Origin: Pelagomonas calceolata
Lineage: Eukaryota
Direction: 5' to 3'
Assembly (NCBI GenBank): GCA_918797485.1
Contig: CAKKNE010000006.1
Coordinates: 620,001 to 684,000, forward strand
Length of the DNA stretch: 64,000 nucleotides
Every line of letters begins with the position of its first letter. Position 1 is the stretch's first letter. The notes beneath the pieces were generated by a model. That model had not been told where the DNA came from, did not search any database, and was given only the letters and a program-made list of their open reading frames with translations. Made by a program: the position numbers and the translations under genes. Below, in pieces: positions 9,403 through 20,536 of the stretch.

Positions 9403-12400
9403 CTACTCGGCCGCCGCGATGAGCCGGTCCAAATCGCGCACGAGCGGGTCCTCCGCCGGGTAGCCCGCGCTCAGCAATGACTCGCGCTCCGTCCGCAGCC
9501 TCGCACGCTGCGCCTCGACGTCCACCGGCGAGTGCGCGACGCGACCGCCGCTCGCAAACGCCTCCGCTTCACCAACAGCAGGCATCGGCGCGCCGCCCTC
9601 GTACTCCGTCCCATTTACGGCATCGAGCGCATCTTCGTCGAAGACCGCTCGAGGCGACGGGCCATCCCTCGGCTCGACCCGTCTTCGGCGCGGCGGACTC
9701 AACTCCTCGACGACGCTCCGAGCCGCGTCCCGCGCTACATTCGCTCTATCCTCCCGCTCCGACGCGTTGCGCCGCAGCGCGTCGAGCTCGGCCTTGATCT
9801 GTTTGAGTTGCTGCCGATCACCATCTAGCACGAAGCGCTCCTCCCGGCCCTTGTACTCTAGTCTCAAGGCATCCAGATCGCGTCTAGCAGCGTCCCTATT
9901 CTCATCTCTGGCGCGCTGCAACGCTCGAGCCAACCGATGCACATGAGCTCGCAACCGCTCCCGCTCCGCTCGCGCGTCCGAGGTCTCCGCATTCGCCCTT
10001 TCTAAGCGAGCCCTTAGATCGGAAGCCTCGGCCTTGGACTTGGCGACTCGAGCAACCAACTCCGCCTCGGGCGTCCGCCGGTGCGCCTGGCGCCAGCGGT
10101 CAAAATCAGCATCAGCAGCAGACGCTCTTTTTTCCGCTCGTTCTTGGGCGGCCCGCGCCGCAGACAACGACTTCTCGACGGCTTTCCTCGCGCGCACCTC
10201 CGCCTCGACACTATGCTTCGACTCGTCCCTGAGTCGTTTCTCGAGCATCTGCAGGTCCAGAACCTTCGAGGCTCTATCTCGCTCCAACCGAGCTTCCGCG
10301 TCGTTCAACGACCGCTCGCGCTGGTCGCAGTCCCGCAATGACGCCCGTAGCTTCGTTTCTAGGCGAGAGTATTCAGCTCGGGACTGGGCGAGCGCGTCCC
10401 GCTCGACCTTGCAGCGAGCTTCAGCCTCCTGCTCGACGCGGTGAATCGCTTCCCGCTCCCTATCCCGCAATCGCGCCGCCCAGGCCCGCTCTTCTTCCCT
10501 TCTCCAGTCCTCCCACGCTCTCCGTTCCTCCTCGTGTTGGGACTGGGCATCTCGTTTGAGTTGAGCGAGTTCGGCTAAGCCAGGCTGGGGCGCGCCGCAG
10601 TAGCGGCACCCGTCTCCAGAAGGTTTCGGTGGTGACCTTCTCGGCGGCGACCGATGAGGGCCTTGCCTCGGTGGCGGCGGGTCCCGCCGCCTCCTCCTTG
10701 GTACCGGAGCCACGTTCCCACCGCGCACGCCGCTTTCGGAAAGGTCGTCGTGCTCCTCTTCGCTACTAAAACCCTGGCTGTCCTCCTCGGAGTAAGGTGA
10801 TTCCGAGGACGGCGAGCGCGCATCATCAGCACGGCCAGCAACAACTCTAGTGGTCAGCACGAGTTTTCTATCGCCGGACCTTCGTAACTCGATATCGGCC
10901 TCGCGTCTTTGCGCGGACAAGCGTCGCCATGCCTTCGGTGCTTTATCCGAGAAGCCTCGGCACGCATCCCCATCGAGCGCCGCCGCCAGATCAATTCTGC
11001 CAGCAGCGACAACTCTACCTTTGTAGTCAACCGCTTCAACGTCTAAGGGTGCCTCCCGCAACAATTTCCTCACGTCCGTCTCGGGGCCGAACTCGAAATG
11101 GGCCACAGCGCCCCGGCCTCGCACCGCTACACTGGTGGTAGCCGCAAAGTCCAGAGAAGCCGTCTCGGCTATAGTTCTTTGGCCGAGCTGCGGGGCGCCG
11201 TACCGCAACGACACCGGATCCGTGTTCCCGTCCGACCTCGTGGCAAATAACAGACTAACTTCTAACCGCCAGGCGCCCTTGGCCGACTTCTCGCCACTGT
11301 CGGGCGAGTCCGGGGCGTAGCCGACGTCGTCGTCGTCTTCTGGTGTTCCCGCAAAGGCCGGCTCGAGCTCGGCGGCGCTCGGCGCGCCTGCGTTGTTACG
11401 GTGTCGCGGCGACGGCGTGACGCTCTGGTTATGCGTCTCCGGTGGCGCCATCGGCGCGTCGCGTCGATCGCGCGGTGTGAGTGAGCGATGGCGTGGCGCG
11501 GACGCCATCGACGCGACGTGAACGGACGCTGTGTCGTACCGCCGGCCATGAGCTCCTCGCGCGTTGATGGAGGCGACGTGTACGGCTCGGAGGCCGGCTC
11601 GTAGGGCTCGGGCGGCGGCGGCGGCTCGTAGGGCTCGTTCTCGCCAATCGTAGGCTCGACGAGCGGCACTTCCGGTCTTAGCGACGCCTCGCGGCCCAGC
11701 GGCCCCTTGTAGGGCGCCGCCTCCTCGTCGGACGGCCCGACGCGCCGCACAGCCGCGAAGACCTCGAGAAAACCCGGTGTAGGTTCGCCGTGCAGCGCCG
11801 GCGCCGGCCGCTTCGACGCGACGTCCCGTCGGACGCGCAAATCAGACGAGAAGAAGTCCTCATCTGAACGAGAAGCAGGCCACGCCTGGCGCGGCAGTAG
11901 GTCCGCCAGGGACAGTCTTGCGGCAGCAACCACCAAATCGTCTGTACAAAGAAACACGTCCAGCGGCTTGGCGAGTTCCTGGGAAAGTTCATTCACTGAA
12001 CACCGCAGCCGGAACCAGTCGCACTCGACGGCGAAGCCCGGCGCGTCTAGGGACTCGGAGGAGAACTGTTCCGTCTGGACGACGACACCTAGTAATTCAT
12101 ACGAGAACCAGTATCGAGGTCTTGGTGAGTACGTAGCAGCATCTTCCAGTTCCCGTCCTACTAACTTTCTCAAATCGCCAGCTTTTTCGAGCGAGACGCA
12201 TAATTCGAACGTCGTAGAACCTCTTCCTAACTGTTTGGCCGGCGGCTCGGCCGGTCGCTCCACGATAGGTGCACTTCGTTTCGCCGCGGCCTCGACCAGA
12301 ATCTCCGCCGGCGCGGCGGCGCCTCGCAGCTTCGACCAGGTCCTCACGCCTCTTCGCAGAGTCCGGACGTCGAGATTTAGCGTACCCACAGCAGCTGAGT

Positions 12401-12722
12401 TGGACGGACTGGGGTCCACATTCGCACCGCCCTTCGTGGCGTAGACATACAACTTGAGGAGGGGCGTCTTCTTTTCCGCCCTTCTTAATGCTTCTTCTGA
12501 ATCAAAACGCCACTCGAGGGAGCCCGTGTCGCCGGCCCAGAAGGCCTCGCCGGCGCGCGCGCCGCGGCCCCACCTGCTTGCTCCAGTTTCTCGGCTCGCG
12601 CCGTCGAGCGCTCCTTGCACGCGCAGGCAGACGTCCTCCCTTCTCGTTCCTAGCTTGTCCAAGAAATCGGGCGGCACATGTTTTAAGCTGCTGATCTGGA
12701 CGGAGACGGACCAGGCGGCCAT
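9403..12722 (-). CDS. CEP120: Centrosomal protein CEP120-like (C2 domains + coiled coil); 2 exons, intron 11388-11539
   Basis: Two ORFs joined in frame by a GT-AG intron; C-terminal LRLEYKGREE..DRQQLKQIKAELDALR and RLRTERESLLSAGY..EDPLVRDLDRLI match the CEP120 tail. Confidence 0.8.
11388..11539 (-). other. Spliceosomal intron (152 nt) carrying ACGCCATCGACGCGAC core motif
   Basis: GTACGA...AACGCAG; removal joins ..MAG/GAPSAAE in frame. Confidence 0.75.
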
Positions 12723-13304
12723 CTTTTACGTAGCGCTGTCGGCTGCGCTCGGTGTACGCAGCGGCGGTGCGCTCCGCACTGTTGCTCCGCAGGGCTGTGT
12801 TCAGCCGGTGCGCCGCGGTTTACCGTCGGCCGAGCTTGTGCTGGTGCCGGCGGACTGCTGCGACCTTACGTACTTACCCTCGCAGGCCAGCACTTTTCTG
12901 TGAGGCCGCGCGGCTTAAAATACCGACGGCAGGTGAGAGACAAATTAAATCGGGTTCGGGTTTTTGAAACGTCCGAAGCCGAACGATGCTGTACAGAACC
13001 AGTCGCGGAGCCGTCCGCTGCAAGCAGGCAAGAGGACGGAGGCGTTTGTTTGGTTGGAGCGGGTATTTTCACTCCTCAAAGCCAACTTTTTACGAGCCAT
13101 TGCTGAGCCTCCATAGTTCCGCTGGGCACATAAAACGCAGCACACAAGTGCCGTCGTCGACCACGCAGTCGACGCGCAGCGAAAACTGCATCACGTGAGC
13201 CCTGGGAGCCGCACAGCTGCATAGCCCCACAGCTAAGCAGCAGCAAAACGCCGTCGACGCAACACGTGAGTGCTTAACGCCATCGACGCAACACGTGACG
13301 CGCT

Positions 13305-14900
13305 ATGGACGTCGCCCGCGTCCGCCGCTTCGCGAGCGCGCTCCAGAACAAAGCAAGTGTGGACCCGGCCCACTACGCGACCAATAAAACAATCAGTGTC
13401 TGGTGCGGTACGTATAATGTGAACGGAAAAAAAGAGCAGCCTTTGACCCTAAGCCACTGGTTACGACAGGGCTGGGATGATAATCATGGAGACTGGACGG
13501 GGACGGCGCCGGCGTTGTATTGCATTTCGTTGCAAGAAATGATCGACCTGAGCGCGGGAAATGTGTTGAGGGACGCAGTACTAGATAACACTGGTGGAGA
13601 CGCTTTACAGAAGTGGCGCGTCGACTTCGAAACGGCGTTCAAGTACGTGCAAAGCGCGAGGAGGCTTTGTTTTGGTCCTACGAACGAGTTCCCGCAGTTG
13701 GTAGCTCTCGAGCACATGGTCGGCGTCGGTGTATTAGTCTTCGCGAGACCAGATTTATTAAAAGCGCACCAGATCCGGACGGCTCGGATTCCTACCGGAT
13801 TTGGGGGTGGTAATCTTGGGAACAAAGGTGCGGTGGCCGTGTCGCTGCAGTTAGAATCAACGTCGTTATGTGTCGTCGGTGCGCATCTGGCGGCGCACCG
13901 AGGTGATGTTGGTGGGAGAAATGCGAACTACCATTCTATAGTCGAGCGGGACTGTTTCAGAAGGGGCCTTGGCTGGTCCCAGAAGGAGGAGGGGAGCCGG
14001 TCCGTGCCGTCGTACGAGAAGAACGCGTGTCGAGATGGGTTTGGTGTTTTAGACCATGATGTGGTGCTGTGGCTCGGGGACTTGAACTACCGCTTCCAGG
14101 CCGACGTGCCCGACGAGCGCGTCATCGAGCTCGTGAGGAGGAAGGACTACGCCTCATTAACAAGGTTAGATCAATTATGCGATGCTATGAACAACAACAA
14201 GGCCTTCTCGACGCACGACTTCCGGGAGCATTCATTAAACTTCGCCCCTACTTACAAATACGCGACCAATTCGGACAAGTACGACTTCGAATTGCCCCAA
14301 GAAGAGCAAGCAAACAGGAAAATAAGGTGCCCCGCCTGGTGCGACCGCGTGCTGTGGCGGGTGGCTCCCACCACACCCCGTTCCGTGGGTGAAGTGACGG
14401 AGAGCGTCATCACAAAGGTTTATGAGCGGGGCGACGCTCGCTTGCGCGCGTCGGACCACCGGCCCGTGCATTGTGCGCTGTCTTTGTCGATACGATGCGT
14501 CAAGGATAGGGGTGATGCGCATGCTTCTTCCGTGAAAGTGCCCTCTGCGGTACGAGGGTTATGTTTGGAACCTACTCACGCCTCGCTATCACTTACGGTG
14601 AGAGAGGTCCAATTGGTGTTGAAAAACGAGTCCGATGCGCAGTCCAATTGGGCCTTTTCCTCGTTACCGGCGTGGGTCGAGGCGGCGCCGGCGTCTGGTT
14701 CATTAGAACCGGGCGCGACGGTGTCCATCGTCATCCGCGCGCTCGAGAAGCCCGAGCTTGGGGTCAATAGAGCCTGCGTCGCGGCGCTGAATTCTTTATT
14801 GGTTCCCGTCACGCTGCGCGCGGGGCCGGGGCGCGATTTGGGGGCGTTTGTGGCCGAGGTTGGGAGGCGGTGGCCGGCGTTGGTGGAGCAACCGTCGTAA
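13305..14900 (+). CDS. Inositol polyphosphate 5-phosphatase with C-terminal Ig-like (ASH/MSP-like) domain
   Basis: GTYNVNG, LQE, GNKGAV, WLGDLNYR, FAPTYKY, PAWCDRVLW, SDHRPV. Confidence 0.95.
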   Translation: MDVARVRRFASALQNKASVDPAHYATNKTISVWCGTYNVNGKKEQPLTLSHWLRQGWDDNHGDWTGTAPALYCISLQEMIDLSAGNVLRDAVLDNTGGDALQKWRVDFETAFKYVQSARRLCFGPTNEFPQLVALEHMVGVGVLVFARPDLLKAHQIRTARIPTGFGGGNLGNKGAVAVSLQLESTSLCVVGAHLAAHRGDVGGRNANYHSIVERDCFRRGLGWSQKEEGSRSVPSYEKNACRDGFGVLDHDVVLWLGDLNYRFQADVPDERVIELVRRKDYASLTRLDQLCDAMNNNKAFSTHDFREHSLNFAPTYKYATNSDKYDFELPQEEQANRKIRCPAWCDRVLWRVAPTTPRSVGEVTESVITKVYERGDARLRASDHRPVHCALSLSIRCVKDRGDAHASSVKVPSAVRGLCLEPTHASLSLTVREVQLVLKNESDAQSNWAFSSLPAWVEAAPASGSLEPGATVSIVIRALEKPELGVNRACVAALNSLLVPVTLRAGPGRDLGAFVAEVGRRWPALVEQPS

Positions 14901-14999
14901 GTTTTGAAGTCTAGCTCCTTGTGTGTCGAAGCAAGCACCCCGGCGTTGAATCCCAACGACGGCGAGCCCCTTGGAGACTCCGCGCCGCCCTCGTCTCTT

Positions 15000-15023
15000 G
15001 CTAGTGTCTTACAGCCCTCTAGC
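15000..15023 (+). promoter_or_regulatory. Intergenic dyad motif copy
   Basis: GCTAGTGTCTTACAGCCCTCTAGC. Confidence 0.55.
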
Positions 15024-15273
15024 TCAAGCTTTCAAGGCGGCGTAGGGGTACAAGTCGATAAGCCTTGTCTCAGACGCCGCGGGGCGCACCAGTGACGCCT
15101 CGTTATAGGACTGATCAATCGCAACCGCAGTAGAAGTCTCCGGGACAGCATATTCCTGCATCCCTCCTGTATCGGCGCTTTTTTTGATCTAAAATTGCGC
15201 ACGCGTTCTCGCGAAACAGCCGTGATCCGTGCTCGCAGGAACGACGTGCGAACATCGGAGGACCATTCACGGT

Positions 15274-15963
15274 ATGCAATTGGTCGTCGCGGCCATCGCG
15301 CTCGCGGCGGCGTCAGCGTGCCCTCTCCACGATCTCGCCGACGCGCTCGAGCGGGGCGTGCAGGCCGCCGGGCCGCACGAGTGGCCCTACGCGGCCGCGT
15401 GCGCGGCGTACGCGAACACTACTGAGGCTACGTGGTGCGGGCCGGGCGTGCGGAACTCGTCGGGCCTCGCGGCGCTCAACGCGTGGTCAGGAGATGGCTA
15501 TGGCGCGTACCGCGTTGCCGAGGAGTGCGGCGCGCCGCTGCCGCGGTGCTTCGTCGACGTCGACCGCGAGGCGACAGCGATCAAGCTGACAAAGCTCATC
15601 GATTGGGGCCAGGAGTACGAAGACGACACCGCGCGGTGGGATCGTGAAATTACGGAGATCTGCCACGAATACATCGATTACTGGCAGCCGCACATCGGTG
15701 CATACATCGGGCGCGGAGAATTTGTCGAATACGCGTACACGCTATCGCCGAAATTTAATGGCGAGAGTTTTCTCCATTCGCCGATACACATCGTCGACCT
15801 TGCAAAAGGCGAGCGCGACTGGGTCATGACCTACACGTGGCGCACGGCGGCCGGCTTTGCTGGCGAGACGCTCGACGGCAAGCCGGAAGAGACGACTATC
15901 CTCATCCGACCACCCCTAGTACTACGCCTCCCTATCATTACATGTACATACGAAATAACTTGA
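15274..15963 (+). CDS. Putative secreted protein, unknown function
   Basis: Signal peptide MQLVVAAIALAAASA; coding-like composition. Confidence 0.55.
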   Translation: MQLVVAAIALAAASACPLHDLADALERGVQAAGPHEWPYAAACAAYANTTEATWCGPGVRNSSGLAALNAWSGDGYGAYRVAEECGAPLPRCFVDVDREATAIKLTKLIDWGQEYEDDTARWDREITEICHEYIDYWQPHIGAYIGRGEFVEYAYTLSPKFNGESFLHSPIHIVDLAKGERDWVMTYTWRTAAGFAGETLDGKPEETTILIRPPLVLRLPIITCTYEIT

Positions 15964-15974
15964 CCTTAAACAAA

Positions 15975-17204
15975 CTAACGTTGGGGCGGCAGCAGCCGCA
16001 TGGGCGCGAAGACCCGGGACGCGGCCACGCGCCGCGGCGCGAGCCAGGCCCTCACATTTTCCAGATCGCTCTCGATCTCCGGGGCCGTCGCCTTGTTCGC
16101 ATGCATCAAAGCGTCCTCCAACAAAACCTCGGCGAAGAGCTTCAGCCCTAGGGCCTTGGAATCGTCGCCGTTCACCGCTAATAACGCGTTGGCTCTCGCA
16201 TGAGCTAGGTCGACGGTCACCGGGTGAGCCGCACCAAGAGCCCTCAGCGCTCGCGCGTAGCTCCGCTTTAGCAACCCTAATTCAGAACGCGGGTCGCCGG
16301 CTCGCGCTCTTGCCGTGGCCAAACAAAGAGCCCTTCTGAGTGTCCGCGGGTGGTCCGAGCCTCGTTCCAGCGTGATCTGTGTTAAAAGAGTCTCCTCCAG
16401 ATGAATCGCCTTCACATGGTCGCCCTTCAGGCCATAGACCTGCGCCAAATTATGTGTGGCTTCTTGTAACGCATCTCTATCCTCGGGGAAATGCGCCTGG
16501 CACAATGCTACATCCGCCCGATGGACCCGCAAAGCGTCATCCAGTTGACCGGCGGAAGTAAGAGCATTCGCCAAGACACTTAAAGCACGCATCTTGTCCC
16601 AGCACTTATCTGGTAAACTGATGGAGCCGCGCCACTGGCACTTGGCCAATGCTAATGCCACATCCGGCGCGTGCGGTTGATCACAAACTAAGCACCGGTG
16701 CCAGCCAATCACCTTCCCGGACTTCTGCTGGTACTCCCTCGCACACCTCGAGAGGCAAGCCAAGTGCGCTCCACTACTACAAGCACAGCCACTGTGCACG
16801 ATCCTCGACGTAGCGGCACTCCCCCCACAGATCCCGCAAAACCCCTCGTCGCACCCTCTTCGAGCCATGACCTCCTGCGCCGCGCTTTTAGCGCTTCCAT
16901 CCGCGTGGCATACTTCCCATCCTCCGATCTTCGCAATTCGTTTACAATCGTCCTTGTGAATGGACCAGTGGCCGCGCTGGCATTCCTGGGAGCAGTACCA
17001 CACTCTACATCTAGAGCAACGACTGGAGCCTTCTTTGCCGCAGGCGGCGCAGACCGTGGGCGCGACCGCTACTTCTTTGTTGTTGTCGGCGGCCGGCGCG
17101 CTGCCCTTGGCCGGGGTGCACTTGTTCGCCTTGGTGCGTGTTGCGCCGTTGGCATCGACCAGGGCGTGCTGCTGGGCGCCTTTGCCCATAGCGCCCTTGC
17201 CCAT
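15975..17204 (-). CDS. MYND finger + RINGv-like + TPR protein
   Basis: CAACGK..CSRC..YCSQECQRGHW..HKDDC; CGICG..GCAC..AHLACL..CLVC; TPR-like helices. Confidence 0.8.
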   Translation of the reverse strand: MGKGAMGKGAQQHALVDANGATRTKANKCTPAKGSAPAADNNKEVAVAPTVCAACGKEGSSRCSRCRVWYCSQECQRGHWSIHKDDCKRIAKIGGWEVCHADGSAKSAAQEVMARRGCDEGFCGICGGSAATSRIVHSGCACSSGAHLACLSRCAREYQQKSGKVIGWHRCLVCDQPHAPDVALALAKCQWRGSISLPDKCWDKMRALSVLANALTSAGQLDDALRVHRADVALCQAHFPEDRDALQEATHNLAQVYGLKGDHVKAIHLEETLLTQITLERGSDHPRTLRRALCLATARARAGDPRSELGLLKRSYARALRALGAAHPVTVDLAHARANALLAVNGDDSKALGLKLFAEVLLEDALMHANKATAPEIESDLENVRAWLAPRRVAASRVFAPMRLLPPQR

Positions 17205-17519
17205 CGTTGTCCGTGACGATTTCGTAGGCGAAGGTGAAAAATGGGCTGCCCCTCAGTTCTTCCGGCAGCGATCGGTTTTTGCAACTACGCGTCGGCAGCG
17301 TGGTCGCCGTGGTCCCCAGGGGTTGCTGCGTGGGTTGCGGCAGCGATGCAATTGCGGGACGGCGAACGCGTGCCAGTCTCGACGGCTCACCTGAAGCGAT
17401 TCGTCGATGGAGGTCTTCGGTCGGGGCGCGCTCCTGCGGCCACGCTTCGTGGCCCATGGAGGCGTAGTGAGGAGTGTGTTGAGCGATGGGAGGAGTGCGC
17501 ACGCGTGCGGGTTGCGTGG

Positions 17520-17541
17520 GCTAGCGGTGTGAGGCACTAGC
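17520..17541 (-). promoter_or_regulatory. Intergenic dyad motif copy
   Basis: Reverse complement GCTAGTGCCTCACACCGCTAGC, divergent spacer. Confidence 0.5.
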
Positions 17542-17746
17542 AAGCCGGGGGGCTGCAGCATTTTAGCTCGTGTTGGACCAATATTGCCGCACGGTTCTAG
17601 ATATTGCGACATTCCGAGCCGCCTGGTCGAGTACTACAAGAATCCGAGCGCGAAATCACGCATAACTGCGGGCAAAAGAGCTGCATTGGTGCAGCCTGCT
17701 TGCAGCCTGCGCAAAAGAGCCTCGTACCGGTGCAACCGGCGCACGG

Positions 17747-18964
17747 ATGAGCAGCGACCAGCCGCCATCACTCCGCCTCGAGCTCGCGGCAGCCACGGCC
17801 CAGTGGGCTGTGCGACAAGGTGCCGCGCTGCACGAGCATCTGCGATTGGAGGAGCGGGATGGCCGGGGCATTTGCTTGGTCGCAGCCGACGCCATCGATG
17901 CGAACGCAACAATCATCCGCATACCTAGAACTCTGTGCGTCACGAGCGACGCCGCGCGAAAGGACGAGGACGTGCGACGCGTTCTTGGTGGAGACGCGCA
18001 CGAATCTTTTGGTGCATTACTTTTACTGACGCTGAAACTGCTCCAAAAACCGGAAGGCCCCTACTTACAGTACTTGGAGCTTATTGCGGACGCGACGTTA
18101 CTGCGACCGCCATCCATCGGCGGGGGACCTCTACGGGAGGCCTTGTGGAAGGCGGTCCACGCCCAGGACCAGGCCTTCGACCAAGCCTTCGCGCCGACGT
18201 TGCGAGGCGACCCCTGCTTCGGAGGCGTCGACGCGACGTTTTATGCGTTATGTCGAAAGCTCGTCGAGACGCGCGCCTTCCAGCTCGATTCAAATGCCTC
18301 ATCTAGGATCGACAGCGTGCAGGCCTTGGTTCCGGTCATGGACCTCGTCAACTACGCCAGGGACTGCGGCACTCGTCTGGTCATCGCGGACGACGTTATC
18401 GAGTTGCGGGCGACATCTATCTTACAAGGGGAAATCTGCTGGGACTACAGTGGACCTCAAAAGGCACCCCTGGACGTCCTGACGCAGTACGGCTTCTTCA
18501 GCACGGGCTTGAATGTGAGGCACGTGGTCCCGTTGAGGTCCGAGGCTTTGGGTCAGCTCTTGGACAATGCCTCAATGGTTCCAATCATCGAGGGCGCCCG
18601 CGACACGATGCTCCGGCGCCGCCGCGCCGTCGCCGTGCGGTTTTGTGTTGACTTAGAACAGCCCCCCATCCTCGAGCATCGACGCGAGGCGCCCTCTCAA
18701 ATTATTTTCTGGGTCGACGCCGCGGACCCGCTGGCCTCGCCGCTTGCTTTAGCGCTGCGCGCGGCGCTCGCGGACGATAGCGAAGTTTTTGAGCGAGATA
18801 GGACGGTGAAAGCGTGGGTCGTTCCGATCAACGCGGAGGCGACCGTCACGAGGGCGCTGCGCGACTGTGCGTTGGCTGTCGTCGAGGAGCTCTCCTCGGA
18901 TACGGGTCCCGTCGTCGAATATCAAAGAGAGCAGCTGTCGAAGTTGGCCGCGCGGCTGGCCTGA
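17747..18964 (+). CDS. SET-domain protein (Rubisco LSMT/SETD3-like)
   Basis: GRGICLVA..IRIPR, LVETRAF, ALVPVMDLVNY, GEICWDY, LTQYGF. Confidence 0.8.
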   Translation: MSSDQPPSLRLELAAATAQWAVRQGAALHEHLRLEERDGRGICLVAADAIDANATIIRIPRTLCVTSDAARKDEDVRRVLGGDAHESFGALLLLTLKLLQKPEGPYLQYLELIADATLLRPPSIGGGPLREALWKAVHAQDQAFDQAFAPTLRGDPCFGGVDATFYALCRKLVETRAFQLDSNASSRIDSVQALVPVMDLVNYARDCGTRLVIADDVIELRATSILQGEICWDYSGPQKAPLDVLTQYGFFSTGLNVRHVVPLRSEALGQLLDNASMVPIIEGARDTMLRRRRAVAVRFCVDLEQPPILEHRREAPSQIIFWVDAADPLASPLALALRAALADDSEVFERDRTVKAWVVPINAEATVTRALRDCALAVVEELSSDTGPVVEYQREQLSKLAARLA

Positions 18965-19103
18965 GACGCGCCCCCTCGACGCCGCCGAGGCGACGAGGCG
19001 CCTAGTTGTAGTAATTTTGTCGTTATGTACAGGTTGGTCTCCCGTGATATGTGCAACCACAAGACGGGAGCGGGACGACTTGGGGGAGGAAACATATGTT
19101 CAA

Positions 19104-19955
19104 TCAGATGGCGTACGTCGCGTCCATGTAGTCGTAGTTTTTGCCGATCATCGTCGTCTTCACGATGTCGTAGACCGCGGCCCAGGCCTCGTGGACCTCG
19201 GTCGTGTAGCCGTCTCCTAAAGCGTCGGATAGCGTCGCGAGTAACGCTTCACCGACGACCTCGTAATGCGCGGGTTCCACCCCATAATTCACGTGCTTCT
19301 TGCCCAGGTTGACCAGGACGGGAATCAATTTATCCAGCTTCTTCAGCATGCCCACGGCCGTATCGACGGTGCCCACCACTTTGGCCGCGTGCTTCCGCAG
19401 CGTCTTATTCTCGAAGAGCTCATCACACACATTCCCGCCGGCGCAGTCCTTGAAGCTGAACAACGCCAGCGCCTGCGGCGCGATCCGAAAGATGTGCCTG
19501 AAGAGGATGACCCCAGCCGTCTCCGCGACGCCGTCGCCCAGCGCGTCCTTGATCTCCTGCCACGTGCCCTGGACGACCGCGATCGTGTTGTCCAGCGCGT
19601 CGTCGGTCGCCTCGTCGAGTTCTTTTTGGTTCGAGACCAAGTCCCCGCCCCCGTCGTCCGCGAAACTGATGCGCGACGCGCGGCTCGAGTCCATCTCGTT
19701 CGTCGCCTCTACGAGCGTCTCGAGCGTGTCTCCAGAAGGTGATCTGCCGAGCTCGTCCTTGCCCACCGCTAATAACTTGGCTTTCATTTCTAAAAATTCT
19801 TGTTCCGAGACGATGCCCTCTTGTCGGAGCGTGTTGAACTCCCGTAGAGCGGATGCAACCTTGAGGACGTTGTCGACGTCGGACTGCGCCGAGTCCATGG
19901 AGGCCGAGCGCTCCTCGCGCGTCGGCGGCGTCATGGCGTAGGCGAGCTCGGACAT
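19104..19955 (-). CDS. SHOCT-domain + globin fusion protein
   Basis: LREFNTLRQEGIVSEQEFLEMKAKLL (SHOCT); VQGTW, FRIAP..LFSF, KHAAKV, LGKKHVNYGV, AWAAVY (3/3 globin). Confidence 0.9.
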   Translation of the reverse strand: MSELAYAMTPPTREERSASMDSAQSDVDNVLKVASALREFNTLRQEGIVSEQEFLEMKAKLLAVGKDELGRSPSGDTLETLVEATNEMDSSRASRISFADDGGGDLVSNQKELDEATDDALDNTIAVVQGTWQEIKDALGDGVAETAGVILFRHIFRIAPQALALFSFKDCAGGNVCDELFENKTLRKHAAKVVGTVDTAVGMLKKLDKLIPVLVNLGKKHVNYGVEPAHYEVVGEALLATLSDALGDGYTTEVHEAWAAVYDIVKTTMIGKNYDYMDATYAI

Positions 19956-20536
19956 TTTTTGCTGTGGCAGCTGGTGCTTGTAGCAATTGGTGCGCTGATG
20001 AACAGCGGGCAGCCCGATTGCGTGGCGGGCGTGGGGAGGCAGGCGTGCGATACGTCCTGCGCTGCGCCGTCTTGCGATGCCGCTGCGCGTTTTTTTGTCT
20101 CGCTCAGATGTCAAGTGATGATCGTCGTGACAGGGAGACTTGCCATCAAACGTAACGCCCGGGAAGCCTCGTTTCAAGGGGTTGGGCGCCGGCGAGCGGT
20201 CGCCAGAGCTCGTGGCCCGGCGCGATTGCGGTCTAGGGGTCGGCACCTGGTCTATGGCCACCAGCGCTCTGGAATAGGTTGGGCGCGCGTGAAAGTTGTC
20301 CGGAGTAATCTGCATATGATGGGCGGAGTGCCGGTTTCCTGCCCTCGAGCCCGTGATATTTGCTCCGTGCGCTAGTGCCTCTATCTGCCTCTGCGCACGC
20401 TAGCTATGGTGCAGCTGCAAGCGCCAGCGTGCCTGGGTTACAGCGGTATTCGTGCTCAAACTGCTGTTGCTGCGGCACGGCAAAAACTGTCGTCAACCAG
20501 ACGCCATCGATGCGACGCAATGCCCGCTAGGAGGCG

